DNA of 44,516 bases, filler included, from Jimgerdemannia flammicorona (taxonomy: Eukaryota): NCBI GenBank assembly GCA_003990765.1. It is 2 parts of 2 records of this genome, joined end to end, with 100 filler letters (N's around TTAATTAATTAA, not from the genome) between each part and the next. Parts side by side here need not be neighbours in the genome. Positions count along the whole stretch, not along the records: positions 1 to 22,213 come from RBNJ01001318.1; 1 more part is not named here. The stretch is one strand, 5' to 3'. The stretch's first letter is position 1. Each line of letters begins with the position of its first letter. The position numbers and the translations under genes were made by a program. Below the pieces are notes generated by a model. It saw only the letters and a list, made by a program, of their open reading frames with translations, searched no databases and was not told the DNA's origin. Positions 1-11,998 of the stretch are shown here, one piece after another.

Positions 1-1357
1 TAAAATAAATATAGAAAAAACTCTAGAAAACTCACTATTTACTAATATTATTGAATACCCAATTCCCATCCAAACTTCCCCTCTTTACTTCTTATATTCC
101 TTCTTTCCCACTATCTGGTATTTGATACAATCTTTGCAAATCTCATTAATATAGTAATAAAGCTCATCATCATAATAATGTAGTTCTCTTTATTGTTGAA
201 TACTCCAGCAGGCCAATAGGCTTCTTAATCAAGAATGATTGGCTCTGATTTAAATATAAACCCTAAGTTTTGATAATAATACTAGTATTACTCATACTAA
301 ATAACTTATTCTTGAACTTCTCTATTTGATCAGATGCTAGATATAGTCAAACTTGAGTAACTTTGAATCCTTCTCTGTAATAAAACTGAGTCTTGATCTG
401 AGTAAGTGGGCTAAGTTAAGTAAGCAGACAGATTATATATAAGTATTATGTGGGAGTTTTTAGGAGAGAATACATAGAAATAAAGTTAAATAAAATATAG
501 AGTAAGTATTCAGAAAAAAGAGCATAAGAATAGTTATTTGTAAATGAGTTATATATAGATGAGTTATGTAAAATTATTTATGAAGGCTTGCTTCTGATCC
601 TTTTAAGTTCTCTACTATATAATATATTGACTCAATAGCTCAGCCACCAAAAACATATCTCTCAACATTCTTCAGCCTTTCTTTATCTTGATCAGATATT
701 ATAAATAAAGTTAGCAGATCTTGCTATAGAGCTGTAGACTCTGAGAAAAAGAGAAATAGTATAAAATAAACTTGGTTATATTGTGAAAATTTAAATATAG
801 TGGTGAAAAGACAATCTACATCTACTATTGGTTACTCTAAAAAGACTACTACATATATAACTATAAGGTCTATGAATTCTGAGGTCTGAAGGATTACTAT
901 GAGTTATTTCTGAAATTTTCTCTTATTCTTATCACTATTATCATCACTATTGCTATCACTACTTTGACTCTCAATAAGTAGTTTATATGCTACTCATATG
1001 AGAAAAAATTTAATGTTGTCAGTAGAGAGTATTTTTTCCATCTCAAATATTCTCTCTTTTGATAATTATTAGGTAAAAAAATGAGTAGACTAATGTATGA
1101 TTAAGAGTTGCTATTTATTTGTTCATAATGTGGTAAGAGAAATAAAAAAGAAGTATTAAAGTATTAGAGGTAATAAAAAAAGAGAGAATAAAGAGAAAAT
1201 AAAGAGAGAATGATATTACTAAAGATTTTAAGTAATCCAGATCAATCTAGATCAATCCAGATCAGATCACAGAACCAATCTGAGTTGATTTGAATCTATT
1301 ATATAATGAATCTGAATTGAATCTCATCTAGATAAATTGCATCCATTTGGAACACTA
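1..1357 (-). mobile_element. End of a degenerate hAT-like DNA transposon running off the window start
   Basis: The minus strand begins TAGTGTTCCAAA at 1357, a TAGTG terminus like the other hAT ends here. Subterminal GATC/ATCCAG-type repeats lie at ~1235-1330. The interior is AT-rich and CpG-free. No transposase motif was recognised. Confidence 0.45.
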
Positions 1358-2104
1358 ACTGAAATATAGTATAATATTTAAAAAAGACTAGCAAAAAGAT
1401 ATAAAAAAGTATTAAGACTAAAATATAACTATAAAATTGATATAGAAATAGTTAAAATATTTTTTATAATTTTCAGACTTATGTATTTTCAAAAATTTAT
1501 AGCTAAATTTGATTATATTATTATCTAAAAGATATATATATCTATTTTATCTGAGTATTTTGTTTTAATTTAAGTATATATTTGAATAGTAGTAGTTATT
1601 TATTATTTAACTTAAAGTAAGAGATTTATCTTGAATTATTAGTCAATAAGTACTAAGTTATAATATAGTAGAAATATATAATAGAAGTATGATAGATTTT
1701 TTTATCTTAAATACTTAATCTTTTTTAACTTCTCAGAGTTCTAAAGAGTAGGTGAGTTTAAAGTATATCTACTTACAGACTTACTAGTTCCTTGTCTCTT
1801 TGCTAGAACTATTTTGATCTGAGATTTATTTATTCTAAATATTAAAGATATATATATATATTTATATATATAAGTTTACTAGCTATATAGTAATTAAGTT
1901 AAGACTTCTTTTTTTGTAAGTTATTTTATATAGTTAAGAGATCTATATATTTATACAAATTGAACATCTGGAAAATTTATATAATTGTGAGTTTCATATA
2001 GTTGTACTTTTTATATAATTATCAAGTGACTGCTAAACTATATATGATACTATACTATATTGGAAATTAGATTTAGATACTATGATTAATACTTGCAAAA
2101 AAAA

Positions 2105-2530
2105 CTGAATTAAGTTGAATTGACTCTTAATTTGATTCAACTTTCATTCAATTTGACTTTTATTTAGTTTGGCTTTTGTTCAATTCAATTTGGCTTTCAT
2201 TCGATTTTACCTTTATTTGATTTGACTTTTATTTGATTTGACTTTCATTCAATTCAACTTTCATTTGATTCAACTTTCATTTAGTTTGGCTTTTGTTCAA
2301 TTTGATTTAGTTTGACATGAGTCATGTGACTTTGAGAATCACATACTTTAAGAATATCTGAATTGAATTGATTCAAATTGATTCAATTCAGTTTCAAATC
2401 CAAGTCAAATTAATTCAATTCAGTTTCAAACCCAAGTTGAATTGATTTGATTTAGTTTGAAACCCAAATTGAATTGATTTGATTTGGTTTGAAACTCAAA
2501 TTGAATTGATTTGATTTGGTTCACACACTA
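2105..2530. repeat. hAT left subterminal repeat array (~16-bp and ~31-bp units, ancestral ATTCGATTCGG-like)
   Basis: Units alternate ATTCAATTCAG and ATTTGATTTGG, the two deamination products of ATTCGATTCGG. A similar array lies at 6400-6575. Confidence 0.8.
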
Positions 2531-2566
2531 TACTACTCACAATAAATACTCTCTTCCAATATATTA

Positions 2567-5062
2567 ACCATATCAGAGAAACCATTTTCACCACCACCAC
2601 TACCTATAGAAGATATTAGAGCAGCCTTGGTATCAGTAGATATAACTTCAACAAGTATAAATATAACCTCATTACAACAATCTAGTATAGAGAGAAGAAA
2701 AGAAAAAGAAAAAGAAAAACCATATAAATGCTCTAAGATTGGGAAAGAATTTACAAAGATAGACAAAAATAGTAAAACTAGAGTGAAATGCAATCACTGT
2801 TCAGCAACATATAAATTTGTAGATAGTTCAACAACAAATATGTAGGACTATTTTACTCAGAGCCATAAAGTTAAACAAGTAGGAGCAATGGATTTATTTC
2901 TTTCACAAGTATTATTAATTTACTTTATTTTTTTTTTTTTTTTTTTTATTTTATTTTATTTTATTTTTTCTATTTTATTCATTATTACTTAAAATTTTCT
3001 TATTATAATAATAGCCAAAATTCAGTATACAATTATTTCAAGAGAAGCTTATTCACTGGATTATTCAGAATAATCAGCCTTTTATAGTTGTTGAGAATTT
3101 GGAATTGAGAGATATTTTTTACCTTTTGAAATTGGATATTACTATTTCTTCTGCTGGAACAATTCAAAATGAAATCAGATCAACTTTCAAACAAAGTTGG
3201 AATGCTGTCAAAATTAAACTACAGGTAAATCTTAATAGTTTGAATGTTAATTCAAATAATCTGAATTTAATTTAATTCTAATAATCTGAATCTCATTTAA
3301 TTCATTGAAAACTAGAATATATCAGGTTGAATATCCTTTACTCTTGATACAGATATCACTGAATATGTAGAATTAATACATATTGGATCTGTCAGGATTG
3401 ACAACTCAATTCTATATTGATTGATTTTATTGAGCTGTCAGGATCTCACTCAGATGAAAATCTTGCTGATGTCTTCTTGAAGTATATTAAAGACTTTGGT
3501 ATATAGACAAAGATATATATTTTTCAAAAAGAGTATTTTTGTACTTTTGGATTATTGTTTGATATTTAAAAATTATCTTATATTTCAAATTATTTACTCT
3601 AAATATTGGCTATAATAACAGATAATGCAACCAACAATAATATTTTATTTTAAACAATTCAATCATATTGGTCTAAACCATCTATCAATATAATATACAT
3701 ATATAATATATGGCTCATATCATTAATCTGGCTGTTCAAGATTTTTTAACCTATCTGAAGACTGATCAAGATACTGTTAATATAACTGAGAGCAGAGAAA
3801 TTTCAATACTTCAAATGATCATTATGAAGATTTAATCATCTTTACTATTTCAAGAGAAATTTGTTAAGAAGTGCAAAATATTTGGACTCAAACCAAAAGA
3901 ACTTATTTTAGATATCAAAACTTGATAGAATTCAACATATTCTATAATTGAGCAGACCTTAGAATTTTCAGATGTAAGTCTTTTATTTATTTTTAAATTT
4001 GATTCAAAATTTGATTCAAAATTCAATTCAAATAATCTAATAAATTCATTTTCTATAATATATAGCCTTTAACTGCAACTGTTATCATAGATAAAGACTT
4101 AAGAAAATATACTATTGAGAGTCATACTTGGGAAATATTGAAAGATACTATGGAAATTCTAAAGAGCTTCAAAATGGCAACAGATCTTGCTACTCAAGAA
4201 AAATATCCAACAATCTATTCTACTGTTTAAATTTACAATTTCTTACTAGATATATTGGAAGAGTATGATGAGAAGATTCAAAAAACTATAGATAAGCAAT
4301 CAAATACTATAGGAGAGCAATTGAATACTACTAGAGAGCAATTGAATACTATTCATCTAGCACTAATGGTGGCTATTAATAAGTTGAAAATATATTATTT
4401 AATAACAGATATTCCAACTTATTATATTGATACTGGTAAGTAAAATTTTGAAACTTAAGAACTATATAAATTTTATATTTTGAATTTTTATATAAACAGC
4501 TTACTTGGCAGCCTCAACTCATTCAGACTCCCATTTATGAGATATATAATATAATAGTTTAAGTCTAAGGTCAAGTACTAGTATATTTGAAGAAAAATAA
4601 ATTAAAAATATAACTTATAATAAAACCTATACCCCTCTCTCTGGATTAGTTTATCAAGAATAGTCTAATATTGTAGATACTGAAATTAATGATATTGATG
4701 CTGTATTATAATAACATATATTCAATAAAAGACAAAAACTGATAGCAAACCTTGAGTATAAGATAGATATTTATTTGAAAAGTGAAATTATTGAATATCT
4801 GACAAGAATTGATATATTATCTTTAATTCAAATTGTATTTAAATTGAATCATATTTAATTTAAATCAAAATATATTCAAAAACATTAGAGCCATATTGAA
4901 GATTTTCCAAATTTAGTGAAAATGGCATGAGACTATTTAGCCATTCCAGCAATAAGTGCTCCAATTGAGAAAATCTTTTCTGATAGTAGAGATCTTGTAT
5001 CACTTAAAAGAGATACTTTAAAATTGGAAACAATTTGGGAATATATGTATTTAAAGACATAG
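2567..5062 (+). pseudogene. hAT transposase pseudogene with introns (BED zinc finger, DDE core, C-terminal dimerization domain)
   Basis: BED-like VKCNHCSATYKFVDSSTTNM*DYFTQSH at ~2780-2870. IT(D)NATNN and LAHIINLAVQDFL-type core motifs at ~3610-3750. FPNLVKMA*DYLAIPAISAPIEKIFS...KR..LKLETI at 4903-5062. Candidate GT..AG introns at ~2909-3014, ~3225-3315 and ~3974-4065. Many stops. Confidence 0.88.
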
Positions 5063-5569
5063 TAATCAGCCTAGTGCTAGCCAATCCTGAGATCTTGAAA
5101 TGTAACTATTTTTATATAATTAAATTGAAATACTTATTATAAAATCCCTCTGATATAGCACTTTGAAAGCTTAAGATATGGCAGACACTTTGAAAACAAG
5201 ATAGATATCATCAGGGTAGATACTTTGAAAGTGGGGTAGATGTTGTCAGAGTACTATAGATGCAGTTATAGGTCATGGGAATTGTGATGAGAGTTGTGTT
5301 GGAAATAGAAAGCTTAAGATATGGTGAGCACTTCAAAAGTAAGTGATTTGAAAGCTTAAGATATAGTAGATATGGGTATTTCAAAAGTACAGATACTTTG
5401 TAAAAGTGGGTACTTTGAAAGCTTAAGATATGATGGCCACTTCAATCTAAAATATATAAATAAGTACTTCTGATGTGAAAATTTCTATAACAAAAAAAAA
5501 AAAAAAAAAAAGTCCTCTTTCTCTCCCTATATCAATCTTCATATACTTATTAAAGATCTTATCAGAGCA

Positions 5570-6260
5570 TTGCAGAAAATGAATCAGAGAATCCATAAAG
5601 TCTCCAGCCAGCTCAATGAAGAAAATAAGTCTAGAGTTGAATATAAGAAAATAAGAATGAAGATTACCAATGTGATTCAAGAATTCAATTTAGATATAGA
5701 TAAAGCATTTGAGGCCAAACCCACTGCTACTACTATTGATCTAAATATAGATGAAGCATTCAAGGCCAAACCCACTATCACTACTACTGCTACCCCAAAT
5801 GCTGCTGCTGCTATTGCTGCTACTACCATAGTCCCCAATGCTACCATAGCCCCCAATACTGCTATGGCTCCCAATACTGCCACTGTCATAGCCCCCAATA
5901 CTGCTGCTGCTGTAGCCCCCAATGCTGCTGCTACCATAGCCCCCAATGCTACCACTGCTATAGCCTCTAATGCTGCCACCCCCAACACTGCTGTTATTGA
6001 CATTTCAGACTCAGATATTGAAGTGGAGGATAACATGCTCACCAATACTGCTGCCATTGAGATTTCAGATTCAGATATTGAAGTAAAGGTTAATGATATA
6101 TTGAAATTTCTGACAATGATACTCCAGACATCATAATTTTGAGTGATGGAGGTTCTGGTTCCAAAAAGAGGTCATCTATATACCAGTTGCTACAATTGTA
6201 GGTGATATAGAAAGAAATGTAGTATGATATCTTGAATCTATCAGAAGATCAACCCCTTGA
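5570..6260 (+). pseudogene. Second (cargo) ORF inside the hAT: coiled-coil, APNAAAT repeats, acidic motifs and a Cys cluster
   Basis: The 188-aa open frame 5570-6136 carries (I/V)APN(A/T)A repeats and a duplicated ISDSDIEV. In another frame, 6161-6240 reads PKRGHLYTSCYNCR*YRKKC. Confidence 0.45.
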
Positions 6261-7260
6261 CTCTGAATCTATCTTTCCAAAAAAGAGCATACAATAACAC
6301 TCATCAGGCAGCAGTAGCTAGATATAAAAGGAATCATTGATAGCCTGTGTCATTGATAGCATAGCCTATATTGTAATTAATAAAATTTTTATGATATTTT
6401 CATTTGATTTTACCCTAATTGAATCAAGGCTCCATTTGATTTGACCCTAATCAAATTGAGGCTCCATTCAATTCAACTTCTATTTGATTCAACTTCCATT
6501 CAACTTGAAAAAATCCTGATTTGATTTAACTTTTCAGATCTCCTATTCAATTCAACTCAATTTCATTCAATTCATTTGTGAGCACTAACTATAATCAAAT
6601 GTCTATCTTCTGATTATTATTCCTAATTCAGATCAACTATCTTACTACTATAGAAAATTTATTACAATATTATAAGCCTCATCTATAATATATTTCAAAA
6701 AGTTACTAAATTTAAATAGATAAGTAAATAATAATAAGTATTCAATTAACTTAAGATTAGATTAATCTAGACTTCTTCTTGAGAAGACCTAACTGGTCTG
6801 AAGAATTCACTTTTTAGATAGATATAAACTTAATTAAATTAGGAGTAGTTCTTATTTAAAAAAAAAGATAAGGTAAAAATATGATTGCATATCTTAGCTG
6901 AGGAATCTGTAAAGGAGAAAGGAAATATAAATTCTATAAGTTGAAATATCTCACAGTTATCTTGGAGTAAAATAGTTCTACTACTATCTCACAGAAAAAC
7001 ACTTCACCATCCAGACAGACTGATGAGGTCGACAGGTTTGGCCTGCTCTGGTGTCAATCATTCCAGGTGGGATTTTCGGGGACTATGCTGGTCGCAAAGA
7101 TCGAGTCCTCATCTCACTCGATCATGCTAAAATATCCTCTCCTCTCCTTGCTAAGTGCGTATCCCCAAAACTTCATCTCACGTCAAAATGTCCCTCGTCA
7201 TCTTTACCAAACAATTCTTTCCATGACTAAGACAACCTCCTTGATATCGACAACGAAGCC

Positions 7261-7337
7261 GTGAGTTAATTCCTCATCTTTCCTTTTTCCTCTTTCCTCT
7301 TTCCTCTTTCCTCTTTCCTTCCTGACCACTGTCTAAC

Positions 7338-7430
<93 letters not shown>

Positions 7431-7497
7431 AACCACTGTCTAACGCTTCACCTCCTCCTATTTTTTTTTTTTATTCACCTCCTCCTATTCTATACAG
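7261..7497 (+). other. Probable spliceosomal intron of a decayed gene, carrying poly-T insertions
   Basis: GTGAGT donor at 7261, CTAAC branch-type motifs, pyrimidine tracts, and a TATACAG acceptor ending 7497. Confidence 0.5.
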
Positions 7498-8719
7498 GAC
7501 GCTGTGAGAATTCTCCGCCACATCGCCCCCAAGCCACTTGCGTGGCGTGAAGCTAATTGCCGAGTCTGACCGAATGACGACGCCACCGAAGGAAGTATCA
7601 ACACTTATGAGGTTACGGGGTACGCGCGGCCTGCCATTCAACGCAAATAATCTGGAATTCGGAGATTTTCAGGCAGGTGCGTATGTTGAAAATGTTATGG
7701 CTTCTTTTGCTCCGCACGCCGGACTCATCCAACCTATTAATCCTGGCTTAAAAGATCTCGGCCCCCCTCCTTCCTGTGGCAATGGCACCCCTATGGAGCT
7801 TGAAGAGGCTGTTATCTTTTCTCTTTGTCGATCACCAACTATCCCTGGGCAATTCCTACCAAAGATAAACGCGTCAAGCTCAAGTTGCACGCCGATGGTG
7901 CCAAGACCCTTCCCAAGACCTATATACACCCCCGACTATCTTGAAAATGAATAATTCTACTCTCCGACACTACATCCACCTGATGCTATATCCATTCCCA
8001 ACTCTATGTCCAACACTACATTCACTCCAAACACCATACCCGAAATTACATTTACTCCGCGATTTCGAACAGAATAACCTTCAAGCTACAATCGATAGAC
8101 CGTCTGTCCTCAAAGTAACCCCGCCCCTTCACCCTGTTCAAGTGGTTCGAGGAGGACTTATCACAAGTTACGATACTAGACATTGAGCGTATGGCTGAAA
8201 AATGGTATGGCTTCTCTCACCAGACTCATCCAACCTATCGAACCTGGCCCAAAACATCTCGGCCCCTATCTCACGCGATGGCAGCGTCGGAGATGCGTGC
8301 GTTGGATGCGTCAGACCCAGCAATGCAAGACAGCCTCGCTGCGAAGAACGAACCAGACCTCATGCATATTGAACAGACCTGGCTCTACTGAATAGGAAAT
8401 GGTAGAGGCGGATGGCACGTGTGTAAGTGGGATGGGTGGGAGGGATGGCGCAAGGATTTTATGAAGCATCTTATCCAATTACGCGATTCTCATTCCACTC
8501 ACTGGTATTAATCTTGTCCTCCTCTGCCAACCAACCCAACCACATTTCAGAACGCGCACGCTCCACTGCAACTCAGATGCCTCCATTTCCACCTATTATC
8601 GCCAGCACTGTGATAAAACTCGTGACGAAGACGACGAAGTGAGGATTGCAGACGACGCGTCGGAGGACAAGGACGAGGACGAGAAGATCTCGATCAAGCC
8701 GACATCTTAAGTAATCACG

Positions 8720-10810
8720 ACGAGGTGTTTATTAATGCTGCAAAAAGCTGAGCAAGTCTGACCAGGTTGGACCTGAGGGACAATCACGAGCATGGATATG
8801 TTACAATATTGCGAGCTAATCAAGCAATTTCCAAATCTTCGAAGCTTTCGTCTCTCACGCGAGGTCAATCGGCAATCGTCGCACGATTTTATATCGGATG
8901 GTCTCATGAGCGCGATCACTAAAACGAACCAGTCTCTTAAAATAATTGAGTTCAACAACTGCATGTGACTTATGAACCCGTCGATACTTAATTTCTGTTA
9001 TAGTCTCTGCTCACCGAATGCAAGCGGATTTTGGGTATTACCATCGTCGAAGTCATCGCCGCCTGCCACCCCTTCGATACGTTAACGTCTCGCATTCATC
9101 CTTCGACGACATGGCATTCCACTACCTCTACGGCACCCATGCATCTGACGGCAGTCCCACTTGGACCTCACCGACATCTCAGGGATCGGTGTGCTCGAGT
9201 TCTGCGAAATTATCAAGCTCTTTCCAAACCCTCGCAGCCTTCGCCTGTCCTGACCGCATGTCAGACGGTTTCCTATGCGCGATCAGTATCCCACACGCCG
9301 ATTTCTCAATAATATAATCGAATTCAACAACTCCATCCTCGAGTGTTTTAAAAGTCTCGCCGACACCCTGGAGTGTCTCTTCATGACGGGGGTGCAGGTA
9401 AATCTTGGTCTTCGGCACACTCATGCCTTGGCAATCGCCGCCTGCGACTCCTTATGCACATCCTGTCCTTCCCCACCTGGGAGCAGGTTGTTTGGTGTTA
9501 TTCAGATCTTCCAACTACTATTGTAGACGCCGTCCTCCTGCGGCACTTCTCCCTGTCCAGCAAGAGTTGCATCCAGCCGCTGCATGTTTTCTCACACTTC
9601 TTCAAAACTTGGGTGGGCATCGAGCTCAATTTTGCCGTGTTGGATCTTATTGTGACTGGAGCCTGACCTGGCAAAGCCATGCTTTCCGGTGTATCACGAG
9701 TTATTGAATATATTGTCAACGATGATTTGCAGTCACAAGGATATATCAAAACCGTCCGACGCAAGAGTCCAACGACCTTCTCACAAGGCTTCGGGGGCAC
9801 CGGCCATCAACACCTACGTATCGGATACTTCTGTAAGATATCTTCAACCCAACAAACAGAAGATTTTCGAGTTGCGTCGGTACCTTTTTCATCGACCGAG
9901 TTGGAATACCTTTTAATAGCTTTTTTGGTTGCCATTTCCAGAACTCTCTCTCCGACACACCTGGTCTTACTGACATGTCGCAAATTACGAGCACAACAAG
10001 TGGTACAGAAGGCGTACCCGGATTTCCCTGCGCGGGACTTGATGGAAATTGCTGAAGACTGACAAGTTGCGTATGACGGAGTCGACGCTTTTTCAGAGCT
10101 TAGAAAGTATGAGCGAGGCTGAAGTGTATGTGACACTGTTGCAGGCAGACCTACTCATTCCCTGGTGGGAGTAGCCGCGATGATGCTGGGATTCGTAAAG
10201 ACCGACAACGGCTATGTCCGGAACATGCGCAACTTCGCTGTCGTCGAGTCATCGTGGCACAATCTCGCGAAGTGTCTGCTATACTCGAATCTCCACTTCG
10301 GCTGTTATCGGGACATCTTTCAACACCTTTGCAAACTGTGCAATAATCCCGAATTAGCCACAGAGCCCATACAATCTGCATCTCGCGTGTTTCGGAAACC
10401 TTAAACCCGGTGGTCGTCCTCCGCACTCTCGTGGACTCATGTCCTTATATTATCTCGCTTAAAATTTTCAGATGTCCGTTGACAAGGATATATGATGCCA
10501 TCATCATGAGCATGGGAACGATGTGGCAACACCTCGGCGAATTCACCATCGAAATAGTTTCCGCAGCGAGGAGTTATATAATGCTGCAAAAAGCTGGGCG
10601 GGTCTGACCAGGTTGGACCTTACGGACATATCCGGGATCGATGAACAGCACAATTGCGACCTAGTCAAACTCTTCCCAAATCTCCTGACCCTTCGCCTAT
10701 CTCGAGAGATCAACAGGCAGTCCTCCCTCGATCATATATCTGACGACATCCTGAGCGCCATTAGACTCTAACCTGTTTCTAAAGGTTATCGAGCTCAATG
10801 ACTGTGAATA
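8720..10810 (+). pseudogene. Three scrambled copies of an LRR-like module (~8720-8965, ~9150-9340, ~10410-10810)
   Basis: Shared peptide LTRLDLTDISGI...LVKLFPNLLTLRLSREINRQSS.D.ISD..LSAI...IIE(F/L)N. The DNA repeat TAATGCTGCAAAAAGCTG..GTCTGACCAGGTTGGACCT occurs at ~8733 and ~10579. Frameshifts and stops are present. Confidence 0.65.
9430..10250 (+). pseudogene. F-box-like pseudogene, paralog of 14904-16364
   Basis: LLMHILSFPTWEQVVWCYSDLPTTIVDAVLLRHFS vs VVIYILSLLTLEELIWCYSALPTSIVDAVFLQHFS. IKTVRRK is shared. QQVVQKAYPDFPARDLM vs QQVVWEIYPDFPAQDLM. Broken by frameshifts and a large deletion. Confidence 0.85.
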
Positions 10811-11998
10811 CGTCTATACTACAATTCTCCAACTGTCTCACGATTACACTCGAGTGTCTTGTATTGACTGGCTGTTAGCAAATTACGGGCATAACCATTC
10901 CCGGGATAATTAAAATATCTCCAGGTGAGCAACCATGGCAACGGAATCGTCGGCTGAATATCGTAGTATTCTTACTGATTGGTTTGATCCCGTGACATCA
11001 CCACAAAAGAGCAATTGTCTCCAATAAAAGAATTGTAAGCTTCTTGATGTGTATGAGAGTGACGAGATTGGGAATGACAAATTCGGGAAAGTGATTTCTA
11101 ACTAGTCTTTATTTCTTGTTTCTTGTTCGCATTTCAACACCATACACGTCGATCCAGGTAAAATTACATTTTAACCATGTTATCCGGCAATGCTCGTTGT
11201 ACTGGGTGAGTTTATGGGCTGTGATGGGTTATGATGGAATACTTCAATAGTTTGGCCAGCGATGTACGTGTGTATGATTAATCAGAATATTTGGGAATCC
11301 AGCAGAATTCACTTCTGTATCAGCATGCGAATGGACAATTTACATAAAAACAGGTTGTATTGGCTTGCCAATGTGTAGTTTATCTGTGGATTCTTGCAAC
11401 AGATGTCCTCGGAAAAATATAAATTGACAAAATGGAATCATCAACCAATTGTAGCTTCGGTAACCCCGCGAGAGGTCGATAATCATATCGAATGCATGGA
11501 CATGCGTGTGAAAGGGGTGCAACAAATGACACCGTTGCGCTACTGGTACTTTTTTAACCATGCACGCCGACATTTAATGTATGTAATTATGGTAGAATAT
11601 TTGGTGCACAAGGGACATTCTCATATAAAAACCCCATTCCAACGTAACTCTCTCTCCATCACACAACAGCCAAACGACTCTCCCTCCCTCCTTCTCCCCC
11701 CCCCCTCCCCCCCAAAAAAACATCCAACCAACCCTCTCTAAAAATAAAAAAAAGTGAAATCCCGCAATACCGCTACCGCCAGCTCCAACGCCAGCGCCAG
11801 CACCAGTACCACCAGTATCGTCGGCATGCTTTTCGGGATCGGCGCCGAGTCTAGCTCAGGAACCTTTGCGAATTCAGGGAGCTTGAGAGCCTCAAGGACA
11901 ACTTCACCAGGGGAAAGTGGTGCATCTTCAGGAAAACATTTTCATTTCACATCAGGCTGCTCACACACGTCGACGCCAAACACATCTAAACACATCTA

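Larger units (their letters stand above)
2087..6587 (+). mobile_element. Complete, decayed hAT-superfamily DNA transposon
   Basis: TIRs TAATACTTGCAAA (2087) and TTTGTGAGCACTA (ends 6587) differ only by transitions. The 8-bp TSD is ACTATGAT (2079-2086) / ACTATAAT (6588-6595). Subterminal ATTCAA/ATTTGA arrays lie at both ends, and a transposase relic lies inside. Confidence 0.92.
1560..6666 (-). mobile_element. Relic Ty3/Gypsy element C: 5' LTR (~1659-2086 + ~6596-6666, split by hAT), PBS and leader
   Basis: 1659-2086 aligns with LTR A (e.g. 1750-1840 vs 19065-19150; TATAATATAGTAGA vs TGTAATATAGCGGA) and resumes after the hAT (CAAATGTCTAT vs CAAGTGTCTAT). The reverse complement of 1658->1590 (ACTTAGTACTTATTGACT...) aligns with the PBS/leader of element B (ACTTGGTACTTATTAGCT..., 33648 onward). 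The right boundary is approximate. Confidence 0.75.

Noticed and set aside
2350..2530. CRISPR-like appearance of ~31-bp repeats (also 16502-16628 and 44115-44174)
   Set aside because: Units are head-to-tail without unique 25-40 bp spacers, the context is eukaryotic, and no cas genes are present. The first array is explained as hAT subterminal repeats.
5677..6057. Hydrophobic Ala/Val minus-strand ORF resembling a membrane protein
   Set aside because: Antisense of the APNAAAT repeat; low complexity.
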